In this document: one piece after another, positions 1 to 11,500 of the stretch
How the letters are laid out: the number at the start of each line of letters is the position of its first letter
Numbering within the stretch: the stretch's first letter is position 1
Source: Takakia lepidozioides
Taxonomy: Eukaryota > Plantae > Bryophyta
Assembly: GCA_030704615.1 (NCBI GenBank)
Contig: CM060733.1
Coordinates: 50,654,001 to 50,718,000 of the forward strand
Direction of reading: 5' to 3'
DNA: 64,000 nucleotides
Position numbers and translations under genes: made by a program
The notes under the pieces: model-generated
Databases searched by the model: none
What the model saw: only the letters and a program-made list of their open reading frames with translations
What the model was told of the DNA's origin: nothing

Positions 1-3000
1 TTTTCCTCATCCTCCGAGGATGCCTCTTCCTCTTTCGGCAGACGTTCAGCCGCTGCAAGTTCCGAGTTGTGGAGGGCAGTATCTGGCTCGAAGGCGAACA
101 CATGCCTGTCGGACAACGTCCCTGCCCACATTGAAGCACCTGAGGAACAAAGCGGGCGGTTAATAGCTTGCGGCATGCAATTGCAATGGGGCCAGGGGAC
201 AAACTGAGCACGTGAAGGCTTACCCGTGCCGCATGTGAGGTCCAGAATCCGCCCTTGGACATCCGAGCACGTCTCCATGAGGGTTTGGATGAAAGCAGGG
301 CTTCGGGTCCGGCTGTACCGCCACGGTTTGCCTGTCTTTGTGTCCTTCGGCATACTAGAGTGGGGCACATAGTTGTAGAGGACATCGTAGGTTACAGGGT
401 CCACAGCGGCATCAACAAGACGACCGTCGTTGCGGAATTTGAACGTAGACCCTCTCTTCACAAAGCAATATGCCTCAAACACCAATGTCTGCACATCCAA
501 CAAAGAAGGGATCAATTCCAGGGTCTACTTAACATACACCACAATATGAAGTGAATGCAATAGATTGATAACTTACACTTTGGCCCTCTGTTCGCAACCC
601 CTGCGTACTGATGCAGAACCATTTTCTGAGGAGGACCGGGGTGACACTTTTCGGTGTCCACCTTGCCACCGCATTCTCTGTGGTCTTCCCTCTCGTGGCA
701 AGGACAACCACACATCCACCGTCATCCAGAAGCATCCCCGCCAGCCCAAACCCGGCTTTCCAGTAGTCCTCAGTAAACCTGTTCCAGGTGGGCACACCAT
801 CCAGGCCCTCCAGCAGCTCCCCATCTGGAATGTCGAGGAGAATCATGTCGCAAGCTCTCTCCACCTCAACCCCCCCCCGAGTGCTCTTGCAATTCGTGCT
901 CACAGCCGTGAAGAATTCCATCATGGCTTCAAAACCAGGGGTGTCTTTAGGCTCTGTACCGGCAGCCCTCTTCTTGGCTTTCCCCTTCTGCTCCGCCAGA
1001 GACTTGTTGTGTGCCACCTTCTTCGCCCTGGCAGCGAGAGCGTCAAGGAAGCTCTCATTGACGCATTGGATGATGGTTGGAGGTTCTAGCTTTGGCCTGT
1101 GCGTAAACGTCACCGCCGAATACCGCCGTGTAGGCTCGCCCTCAAATGCCAACTTCTTGGCAGAGCCAGTCCCACTCCGAACTGACTTGGGAACCCGGAC
1201 GACCGGTGACTGGGTAGGAGCAACAGCAGTCGCAGGACCTTGAACAAAATCGGCGTCGGAGTCACTCTCTTGGGTCCCCTCCTGCGCCTCCTCCGATGCC
1301 CCGATGGTTTTCTTCTTTTTGGGTGTTACTGCAGTCACCTGTTTCCTTGTCCTTTTCCTTTGACCTTTACTCTTCTCATGCAATTTCTCCTGAATTCCTG
1401 CCTGAGCAAGCTCTGCCGCTTTCCTGGAGTTCGCAAGCGCTTTTGCCTCTTTTGCACCCAACGGAGGCAGCGGAGCCCGGTTTCGTCGGAATTCAGCATC
1501 CAGCTTCAATTGAAACTCGGATGGGTCGAGCGAGCCGGGCGGAAGGTCCACATACCAAGGGCAATCACGCAAATGTTCCAGATGCCACTCCTTCACAATA
1601 TCGTCAGTGTACATGGAGTCAGCCCCAGGGTTCCTCCATGCCAGGAAGAATGGTGGCTCGAAAGACAGATGACCTTTCTCCAAAAGCGAGAACTTACAGT
1701 ACCTGCATTCATGAAAAACCCAATGAGGTCCGAAAATGGCTAACTCCCTGAACGGCAATAGGGCCTACAACTGGAATATGGCGCCGAATTTCCACTTCAG
1801 GGCCACCCAGTGTAGGGACTTAGCCCGAAAATGGCTAAGTCCCTGGACGGCAATAGGGCCTAGAACTGGAAACGGCGCCGAATTTCCAGTTCCGGGCCAG
1901 CCACCCTAGGGACTTAGACCGAAAATGGCTAAGTCCCTGGACGGCAATAGGGCCTGGAACTGGAATATGGCGCCGAATTTCCAGTTCCGGGCCAGCCACT
2001 AGGGACTTAGCCCGAAAATGGCTAAGTCCCTGGACGGCAATAGGGCCTGGAACTGGAATAGGGCGCCGAATTTCCACTTCAGGGCCAGCCAGTCTAGGGA
2101 CTTAGCCCGAAAATGGCTAAGTCCCTGGACGGCAATAGGGCCTAGAACTGGAAAACGGCGCCGAATTTCCAGTTCCGGGCCAGCCACCCTAGGGACTTAG
2201 ACCGAAAATGGCTAAGTCCCTGGACGGCAATAGGGCCTAGAACTGGAATACGGCGCCGAATTTCCAGTTCCGGGCCAGCCACCCTAGGGACTTAGACCGA
2301 AAATGGCTAAGTCCCTGGACGGCAATAGGGCCTGGAACTGGAATATGGCGCCGAATTTCCACTTCAGGGCCAGCCAGTCTAGGGACTTAGCCCGAAAATG
2401 GCTAAGTCCCTGGACGGCAATAGGGCCTAGAACTGGAAAACGGCGCCGAATTTCCAGTTCCGGGCCAGCCACCCTAGGGACTTAGCCGAAAATGGCTAAG
2501 TCCCTGGACGGCAATAGGGCCTGGAACTGGAAAACGGCGCCGAATTTCCAGTTCCGGGCCAGCCAGTCTAGGGACTTAGCCCGAAAATGGCTAAGTCCCT
2601 GAACGGCAATAGGGCCTGGAACTGGAAAATGGCGCCGAATTTCCAGTTCCGGGCCAGCCAGTCTAGGGACTTTGCCATTTTCGGAGCCCTGACTGGAAAT
2701 TCGGCGCCATTTTCCCTAACACCACTTAGGCCTCTAACATCCTGAAATGCCAGGACTTGAAAGAAAGGCAGCGCGTATGTACCTGTACAGAAGGCGCATT
2801 GCTGCTTTGTCCGCGTTCGGCTGGTCGGTGAACTCGTGGCTCCGGCGAGCATCTGCTATCTCCCGAAAGAATAGGTTGGTTTTGTAGAGCAGAAAGTACC
2901 TCGTCACATAGTCACGCAGGCTCTCTGCTGCAGGAGATATCTCCATCTTGAACTGATGTGCTTGTGTGTCCAGCTGCTCTTGCGCATTCGTCGTCACCTG

Positions 3001-6000
3001 TGGAGATTGTCCATCAGATCGCTTTCCTCAAAAAATACAATGAATCAACCCCCTACTAGAGTACAAGCCCCAAACGAAGCGTGGGGAAGTACCTGAAACC
3101 ACCATGTCATGCGGTTCATCCACATGTCGAATGTGGGGTCAGAGAGTTTGTCCGGTTTGGGGAAGCTCCACATGTCCCTGGTACTTTGGGAACCATTCCA
3201 GATTTGGAGCCACCGGGTCTGTCCAACCACCCAGCATATTCGTAAGCGCCAAACACCACAAAAAGGAGTTGTTGCCACCACAATTTGGTTAAGAATGTAT
3301 CACCTTTTCTGTTGCATCCACACAGGATGTGGCTAGACGATGGAGCTTCTCCAATGTCATCGTGGGCTTCAGAGCGCGAGAGTAGTGCTTTCCCACCTCC
3401 ACCAGAAAGTCGGCACCAAGGGCGGGATCAGCTATGGCCACGTACTTTACCATCCGCGACTTGTACTTTATGCGGGCCCTCACCTCCGCAGCTTTGACAT
3501 ACGATTCGAGTTCCGGGAGGGTTGGATTCTTCTCCTCTGACTCCATGTAGAACCTCCGCGCATGTGCCAAATCCTGCTGTATTTTCGTCTGTCGAAAAGC
3601 AGCACATAAGATTAGAGATCCTGCTCAACACAATTTCTTCTATTGGGGGAGGAGAGACAAATTAGCTCAACAAAACTGCAGGAGCTTTACCCGAAATATG
3701 TAGTCCACCATGGCGTCGACGCTCAGCCTATACCAGGTTCTGTCTGCCTTTGCCTCCGACTTGCGCAGGAGGTCGGCACTGAGGGAATTGGCAAACTCTT
3801 CACCCCCTGCCTCCCGACATCCTTCACTCGGAAGAGCATATGGGACAAGTTGGTGGCAATGAAGGCATTCTCAGTCACCCTGCAGTGCCACATTTCCATC
3901 AAACAATACTGAAATGGGAATTTTCATCATATATGAGGATTCGCAATGAAATGACTTCCAAATTCAAAGTCCAAAAGCGAGAGGGGTTGTAGCTTACGAG
4001 TTGATGTCGGCCATTGCAGCTTTGAGAAGACTGCGATCTTTGGGCCCCGCAACCTTCAGCACAACACAATCGACGGCGAAATGCCAATCGAGATCGTTGG
4101 GGTGGGCTTGGGCAATGTGCTCCATCCATGCCAGGAGGCGATGATTGCCGTCCCACACGTAGAACATCTTACCGGACATGTGCTGGAAAAGAGGATCACT
4201 AGCAATCGATCTCTCGAACTCCTCATTTCGCGTTTGCCAATGGGGACCCCATTTGTCCACCTCATCGGAAGTGTGGGCACGGGAAGCTCCGTGGTCGTTC
4301 TCAATGGAAACGTAAAAGGCGGCAGACCCCATTCGATATCCATCCCGGAAAGAGAATTTCAGCTTGTCGATATCGCCTGGGAGGGCAGGTCTCACCACCT
4401 GCAATGACACCAAGCGGCAAAGGGGAATTCGAAGCTTGGCCGGGTACACCATGCCCCCCAGCACCCTGCCAATGTTGCTGTGGGTTGCCTCCAACATCTT
4501 GGCAGCGGCCAACTTCATATCCGCCTCAGACATGACGTCTGCTGCAGAGGGGTTTTCCGGCAGCCCACCAAGACCGCCAAATCCAGCCTGTATGCTCCGG
4601 GTTTGGGGCCTGGGGATGTCCGGGAGAATGTCATCCTGGTCAGAAACATCCATGTCGTCCTCCTCAACAGGGTCAGCCACCTGCGAAACCACCTCCAGCA
4701 CTCTCGTCGTCTCTACTGCCCTCTCCCTGGCTTCACCTCGAACTTGCACAATCGGTGCTCTTTCAGGTGTTCTTTCCTCTCCTCCACTCTCCACCGTATG
4801 GGTAATTGCGGGGGCTGCACTTGCCCGCGATGGTCTAACCGGTGTGCTACTGCCTCTCTGTGGTGTCTTGTAGGGATCCACCGTCTCTGTGTGTCCCTCG
4901 CTTACATTGGCATCTGTCATTTGGGCACCCCGGGCCTCTTCAGCTGCCTTTTGTCTTTCCTCCTTGCTAGCATTCTGTCTCGTCTGTTCTTTTGCCCTCT
5001 CTTTTGCCCTCTCACGGGCTTTCTGTTTCTTACTAGGGCTAGCAACAGGGGAGCCCTCCAGGACGACCACCTTTGATTGAGGCGAACTGACACCCTCGCG
5101 CGCACTGCTCACTCCCCCCTCCGCAGCCCGTGACTGCTCTCTCGCCGGGGATTGCATGTGCTTAGCTTTCTTCTTTTTCTTTGCGTGGGCGGGCCCTACT
5201 GCATGTGCATGAACAACCTCCATTGCCGGATCTGCTGTCCTCATGTCCTCACGCCCTTCACCTGCCATGCCGCCTGCACCAACCTCCCCAATGCCTACTC
5301 TATCGTAATCTCGTTGCAAGTCCTCCCGTCCACCAACAAAAGATTTAAGTTTGCCCTCTCGCCCCAAGTTGGGCGATTCAAACATGCGATGAGTTGGAGC
5401 TGTCGATGATACCACCAGCGTGCCGGGCTCGTCGTCACTCTGTGATTGACAAAAATCGTGAACACCAACAGTGGTGCAAAAAGCAGCAGCGCAACCACCA
5501 TAGCAGCAATCATGTAGCAAAAATGAAAACATAACAAGTTTAGGAAGTATGGAGAGCCATGCAACAACAATGAAAACAAATGCAACCATTGCCTAAGAAT
5601 GACATGCACAAGCAGCCTTCTCCAGAGCTGCCGGATTTGCACACGCATTGCAAACAATCTAAGGTTCAGTCAACTATCTAAAGTTCACTCATAAAGCAAA
5701 GCCAGGATGAAGATGCAGAAACAAACCGAAGAAGCAAAAAAGAAATCGAACAAACCGAAAGCAGAAGTGGCTTGCCTGAGAGTACTCGGCTTCAGTTGGC
5801 GCAGGTTGTGAGCAAGACACTGGAATCTCCTGCTGGAGCTTCAGTTTGGCCATGCGAGAGATTGGCCGTCGTCCGTAGTACAGAGCTTTCAACTTCCGCC
5901 GCGGTCTGGATCTGAGGTCTCTCTCAGGAGAGCCACGCCCTTCAGGCGGCATAAGTCCCAGCCAAAAAGATCTCCTTTTTGGGGTACATGCCTGGAATAC

Positions 6001-6003
6001 CAT
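1..6003 (-). CDS. Multi-exon ParB/Srx-like domain + beta-class N4C/N6A DNA methyltransferase-like fusion protein (>1300 aa, 3' end off-window; one apparent 1-nt frameshift)
   Basis: Manually spliced exons: ~6003/5952-5776 (GC donor, uncertain), 5439-3998, 3879-3691, 3588-3304, 3218-3093, 2997-2783, 1702-577, 488-224, 139-<1. Phases match at every junction except for a 1-nt deficit near 3803-3808. ParB-like: LRIPLCRL...FYVWDGNHRLLAW. Motif IV-like CDMILLDIPDG precedes motif I GRILDLTCGTG|ASMWAGTLSDRHVFAFEPD (compare DPFxGSGTT..AA...GR..IG.E.D), which is beta-class order. Confidence 0.8.
1730..2710. repeat. Intronic tandem array, ~10 x 95 bp, two hairpins per unit
   Basis: GGCGCC cores at 1780, 1874, 1969, 2062, 2157, 2252, 2347, 2442, 2536, 2631. 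Each unit has AGGGACTTAGCC-cgaaaat-GGCTAAGTCCCT and GGAACTGGAA..GGCGCC..TTCCAGTTCC. Lies inside the 2782-1703 intron. Confidence 0.95.
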
Positions 6004-6177
6004 GTTAAGCCAAGTATAGCATGAGATTTAGGGTACGTGTCCAGGAAGCCATGCGTCGCCAGCCCGAATAATAAGCGACGGCCGTCGACATTTATTGCCC
6101 AACTGCGCAATTAAATGTCGGATGAAGCCCTCCATGTCGGAAGAAAATAGACGAAAACAGTCCCGGAATTTCCCTCA

Positions 6178-6935
6178 CGCAGGTAATTCGGAAGCGCGCG
6201 GATGGAAATCCGGCGCCGAATTTCCATCCGCGCAGGTAGGGCGGTGCGCCAAATTTCCTTCAAGCAGGTAATTCGGATGCGCGCGGATGGAAATCCGGCG
6301 CCGAATTTCCATCCGCGCAGGTAATTCGGATGCGCGCGGATGGAAATCCGGCGCCGAATTTCCATCCGCGGAGGATGGCGGTTCGCCAAATTTCCTTCAA
6401 GCAGGTAATTCGGATGCGCGCGGATGGAAATCCGGCGCCGAATTTCCATCCGCGCAGGTAATTCGGATGCGCGCGGATGGAAATCCGGCGCCGAATTTCC
6501 ATCCGCGCAGGTAATTCGGATGCGCGCGGATGGAAATCCGGCGCCGAATTTCCATCCGCGCAGGTAATTCGGATGCGCGCGGATGGAAATCCGGCGCCGA
6601 ATTTCCATCCGCGCAGGTAATTCGGATGCGCGCGGATGGAAATCCGGCGCCGAATTTCCATCCGCGCAGGTAATTCGGATGCGCGCGGATGGAAATCCGG
6701 CGCCGAATTTCCATCCGCGCAGGTAATTCGGATGCGCGCGGATGGAAATCCGGCGCCGAATTTCCATCCGCGCAGGTAGGGCGGTTCGCCAAATTTCCTT
6801 CAAGCAGGTAATTCGGCGCCGAATTTCCATCCTGCAGGTAATTCGAATTGTGGTTGAATGGAAATTCGGCGCCGAATTTCCATCCAGCAGGTAAGTCGGA
6901 TCGGTGCCATATGGATATTCGGCGCCGAATTTCGA
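6178..6935. repeat. Intergenic tandem array, 53-bp unit with 38-bp near-perfect palindrome
   Basis: Unit GCAGGTAATTCGGATGCGCGCGGATGGAAATCCGGCGCCGAATTTCCATCCGC. Cores at 6212, 6297, 6350, 6434, 6487, 6540, 6593, 6646, 6699, 6752, 6815, 6868, 6921. Confidence 0.95.
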
Positions 6936-7319
6936 TTCGCCATTTATTTCTGAGCGAGGAATTACCTTCGTGCAGGTAATTCCCATATAAGAATTACCTT
7001 CGTGCAGGTAATTCGCATACAAGAATTACCTTCATGCAGGTAATTTCCAGATAAGAATTACCTTTGTGCAGGTAATTCTGGACGAGGAATAAACATCGAT
7101 TGGAATTACCTGCAGGAAGGTAATTGTCATCTGGAAATTACCTGCACAAAGGTAATTCTTGTATGCGAATTACCTGCACGAAGGTAATTCTTATATGGGA
7201 ATTACCTGCACGAAGGTAATTCCTCGCTCAGAAATAAATGGCGAGTGGAAATTCGGCGCCGAATATCCATATGGCACCGATCCGACTTACCTGCTGGATG
7301 GAAATTCGGCGCCGAATAT
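6862..7319. repeat. Long inverted repeat (arms ~6862-7078 and 7103-7319, 24-bp spacer) between the divergent genes; 4+4 GAATTACCT..AGGTAATT units at 32-bp spacing
   Basis: Reverse complement of 6901-7078 aligns nearly base for base with 7103-7280. The ORF-track peptides 6111..7022(-) and 7159..8013(+) begin identically. Confidence 0.95.
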
Positions 7320-8290
7320 CCATATGGCACCGATCCGACTTACCTGCTGGATGGAAATTCGGCGCCGAATATCCATATGGCATCGATCCGACTTACCTGC
7401 TGGATGGAAATTCGGCGCCGAATTTCCATTCATCCACGATTCGAATTACCTGCAGGATGGAAATTCGGCGCCGAATATCCATATGGCACCGATCCGACTT
7501 ACCTGCTGGATGGAAATTCGGCGCCGAATTTCCATTCATCCACGATTCGAATTACCTGCAGGATGGAAATTCGGCGCCGAATATCCATATGGCACCGATC
7601 CGACTTACCTGCTGGATGGAAATTCGGCGCCGAATCTCCATCCGGGGGATGGTCTCTGTCGGAGAGGTGCCGCCTCTCCGCCGCTCTGTTGGATATTCGG
7701 TGCCGAATTTCCGTCCCGGGGGTTGAAATATGACTGCCAGGTTCCGACCTCTCCCCCTCCCCGACTTCATTGGAACGGCCCCGAATTGAAATTCGGCGCC
7801 GTTTTCTCATCTGTGGAGGTTTTTATGTCGGCCAGTTTTCGCTCTGACACGCCGACAACACTTCCTTTGGGGGGGCCCGGATGGAAATTCGGCGCCGAAT
7901 GGCCGTCCAGGGGATGTTCTCTGTCGCACACTGGCCGGCCTCTGTGCCCCAGGCGACTTCATCCGGGCGTCCCCTGTTCGATATTCGTTGCCGAATTTCC
8001 GTCCGGGGGTTGAAATGTGACAGCCAACTGCAGGCCACTCCCCCCTCCCCGACTGCATCCGAATCGCCCCGGATGGAAATTCGGCGCCGTTTTTCCATCT
8101 GGGGATGTTTTTATGCCGTCCAGTTTTCGGCCTGACCCCCCGACACGACTCCCTTTGGGGGGACCGGATGGAAATTCGGCGCCGAATCTCCATCCAGAAG
8201 ATGTTATCTGTCGCACACACTCCGGCCTCTGCGCCCGAGGCGACTTCATCCGGGCTTCCTCTGTTGGATGTTGGGTGCCGAATTTCCATT
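7247..8290. repeat. Intergenic arrays of the same palindrome: 8 units at 53 bp, then degenerate units at ~96 bp
   Basis: Cores at 7255, 7308, 7361, 7414, 7467, 7520, 7573, 7626, then 7699, 7795, 7891, 7987, 8083, 8178, 8274. Confidence 0.9.
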
Positions 8291-8592
8291 CGGGGGTAGT
8301 AATGTGACGGCACGGTGCCGGCTTATCCCCTTCAGCCGTCATCATCCGGACGGCCCCCCACTTTCTGACTGCATACCGTTGGCAGTTATTGCGCAAAGAC
8401 GAGGGGCCGCATTCCGGAGACAAGGTTCATTAACACTCTGACTGTGGATTTTTGAGATAGTTGGCTCCCTGGATTTGGATCAGGCTTCGTCGCTCGGACA
8501 AATCGGCATCGCATTCATTCCCATCGCTGCACCCCCTTCTACCAGGGAGCTTCCCCGCACGCCATCCTGGCAGTCTTGTGTGCACATCTCCC

Positions 8593-11500
8593 ATGGCGGA
8601 AAACCCGAGCGCTACAGTGTACTGCCCTCCTCACGAGCATAGAGCTTCATTTCCGTGCAGAGGGGACACCTGCCGGGTGATGGAGAAATATCTGTGCGTT
8701 CGATACCACCTGAAACCGGGGTCGGTTTTTTTGGAGGAGGAAAGGAAGGACTCAAACGGCCTTGTTGTCGAGAGTATTGTTGTGCTCCACGATGATTTCG
8801 GCGATGGCAGGGAATGGCGAGTTCCACCATCGGACAGCGTCATATACAGGGCTGTTGGGGACTTCATTTGCCCGCCAAATGCACCGTCTATCCTGGCGCC
8901 TTCCACGAAACAATCCGCGAATCAGAGAGTGGGTACCTCAAAGAGAGAAGTCCGCAACGAAGTAAATCCAGAGCCGAACCCATCCATGAAGACGAGCGAG
9001 AACCGGGTTGTTCACAACCTGTCCGACTCAGACGAGGTCATGGAAGTTCCGAGGTCGTCCTGGAGATCAGGCAAGTCCTCAATGGACGTCAGTGGAGGAG
9101 GGAGTCATATTCCCAGCACGAGCACCGCAGTTCGATCTATTCTAGAAATTCTGCGAGGGCTTCACCTGGAGGGACACCGGTCGGAGCTGGCCGGGCTGGA
9201 CTACAGCAAGTTCGCAATTAAATCGGTTACATGCCTTCCCGCCGACGTCGACGGTAATGTCTTCTTTGAGTTCCCTCCTCGGGCGGACTACTCGAGGGCG
9301 TCCGGAATGTTGACAGATATGGATAGAAAACATGACGGTCATCCTTGGTGCGTTACCAAAACCACCAGCATGAAGATGCTTGATGGTGTGCGGGTGCGCT
9401 ACGTTGTTTGTGCGGGCGCGTTGCGGTGTTTCTCCCCAACTTGCTTCCACTTTAAATCCAGAGGTCACAGGAACGAGACCGATTGGACAGGCACAGCTCA
9501 CCAACCATTTCGAGCTCAGGAGAAGGTTCCGAACTCCACATTTAAGTGTGCGCATTGCAAAGAACCACCACACTGCATGTCTGTTTGTAATGCCAAGCAG
9601 TTCTATGTGTTGCACCGTTTCCCTGACCTCACCCGAGCTTGCATACACGTTGGTTCCCATTGTCACAAATTGGCGAGGGGGAACTCGCGGGAGGCTGCCC
9701 ACGAAGCAGAGCAGCTCGTTCAGGAGGAGGTTAAGTTGAGACCGGGTGCCAAACCCAAACAGATACAGCTCCAAGCCGCCCATAAGATGGCATTGGCCAG
9801 AATTATGTCGGAAGACGGCTCGGATAGAGTTCCTCTCGACGAGAAGGAAATGGAGGCATTGCTCGAGTCGGTGTCCCACGTATGTTCACCGAATGTCCGA
9901 AACCACATTGTCTCTTGCAAACAGAAAATTGGGCGTGGCTCGGATATGCACTCCATTCTGGAGGTGAAGCGACGATGTGGATATGACTACATTCATGGAA
10001 GTAGGTTTCCAGGACAAGGGACTGAGGCAGATCGTTGTTTCGTATTCAAAATGTCCACGTGTGGACCTGGCAGTGGCGTCGAACTGGTCGACAGGATGAC
10101 GAGTGGGAACTTGTCAAACAGTTGGGTCATGTTCGACCATATCAAGCGAATTACAAATCACCAGTGGGTGACAATGGGTGCACATGTCTACGACACCCAC
10201 TGCAGGATGCTAATGACAATTGCTATTTGTGAGATGAAAGGAGAGGACACACAATCGGAGATGCTTCTTTGGCAGGGAATAAACGAACAGATGGCCAAGG
10301 CGGGATTGCCCCCTCCCAATTTCCGTGGTTTCATGGCGGACAACGCACAAGCAAATTGGGCTGCCATCCGAAGGGTGTACGGGCAAGACCCCAATGTTCC
10401 CATGGAAGGCAAGGAGAGATCTTGTGGGTTCCACTTTCTGCAGAGCCTTTCGCAGTACACAACCAGGCTCGTGGCGCCAGATTTCAGAGAGGAGCACCGT
10501 TCCATGTGCCTTGCGTGGAAGCGCGCTCCCACCTTGGATGATGCAGAGACACAGTTTGCATGCATACGGGCTTGGTGGACATCGTCAGGTGCTGTAAGGA
10601 AATCAGACGAAGGAGCAATGGTCAGTTGGCTAGCATGGTGGCATTATCGTTTCCTCCAGTTCGGCGACTATATGCGGGAGGTGAGTTGCACGAATTCGCG
10701 TCCCGTTGGATATTATTCTTGGCCATATTTGTAACTTGCTTGTAACCTCAACATGTGCTTGTGCAGGAAATGTGTCTCGACTCCGACACCGACATGCCCA
10801 CGACAAACATGGCCGAATCAGTGCACTCTTCCTGGCGTGCCTCCTCTGCGGCGCATCTGGTGGACATCCTCACTGCCACAACGGAGGACATTGTGAGGTC
10901 AATTATGCAGCAATGCAGGTACAACGAGTTCTTGAAAGGGAAACAGTGGGGCTTGGGGCCGGACAGGCAGGAAATGCTGATGCGGACTGCCTCCAGATCG
11001 AAGAATCCTCGGAAGTGGGCGGCGGCCTTGCGAGAGGGCCTTCGGGACACGCCATTGCTGCGAAGAGGCCAACATTTGGAAGGAGATGTTCATACCCGTC
11101 CAGTGAGACGAAGACTTGACGAGGCACCTGGCGGAGAAGAGGATTCATGGCGAGCTGACAAGAATATTCGCACGCTCCCTCGTGGTCCGGTGATGTTGTC
11201 CGAGGAGGTCTCGTCGAGCACCGGAAGTCCTGCACGTTCAAGATCGCCATCTCCTTTGAGCACAGGGCGCGTGCCCCGGCAACATAACGAGCCATCTGTA
11301 GTAAAGCAATACAACATTCCCATTGTGGAGACAAGAGTGTCGGAGTCACAGTGGAGAATTGCGAGGACATTGCCGGCATTTCGAGGGAAGTGTTGCGCCA
11401 TCCGGGTGGATACGAGAGCACGCTGTGGTGAGATGATTCGGAGGAACCCACACGGTGCTGTACCTGCACCTTGTTTCAGCGGCAGATTTTTGACTCCCAC

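Noticed and set aside
5440-5589. Hydrophobic N-terminus (MVAFVFIVVAWL...) suggesting a membrane or secreted protein
   Set aside because: T-rich intron-like sequence ending in a CAG acceptor at 5442-5440; probably not translated.
1-6003. Bacterial/phage contamination as the source of the ParB-MTase gene
   Set aside because: Eight phase-compatible spliceosomal introns and contiguity with plant-type transposons.
1730-8290. CRISPR-like arrays
   Set aside because: Spacers between palindromes are repeated rather than unique, there are no cas genes, and the context is eukaryotic with introns.
6111-8423. Many ORFs with MEIRRRISI / WKFGAEFP peptides
   Set aside because: They are translation artefacts of the palindromic tandem repeats, appearing in all frames on both strands.
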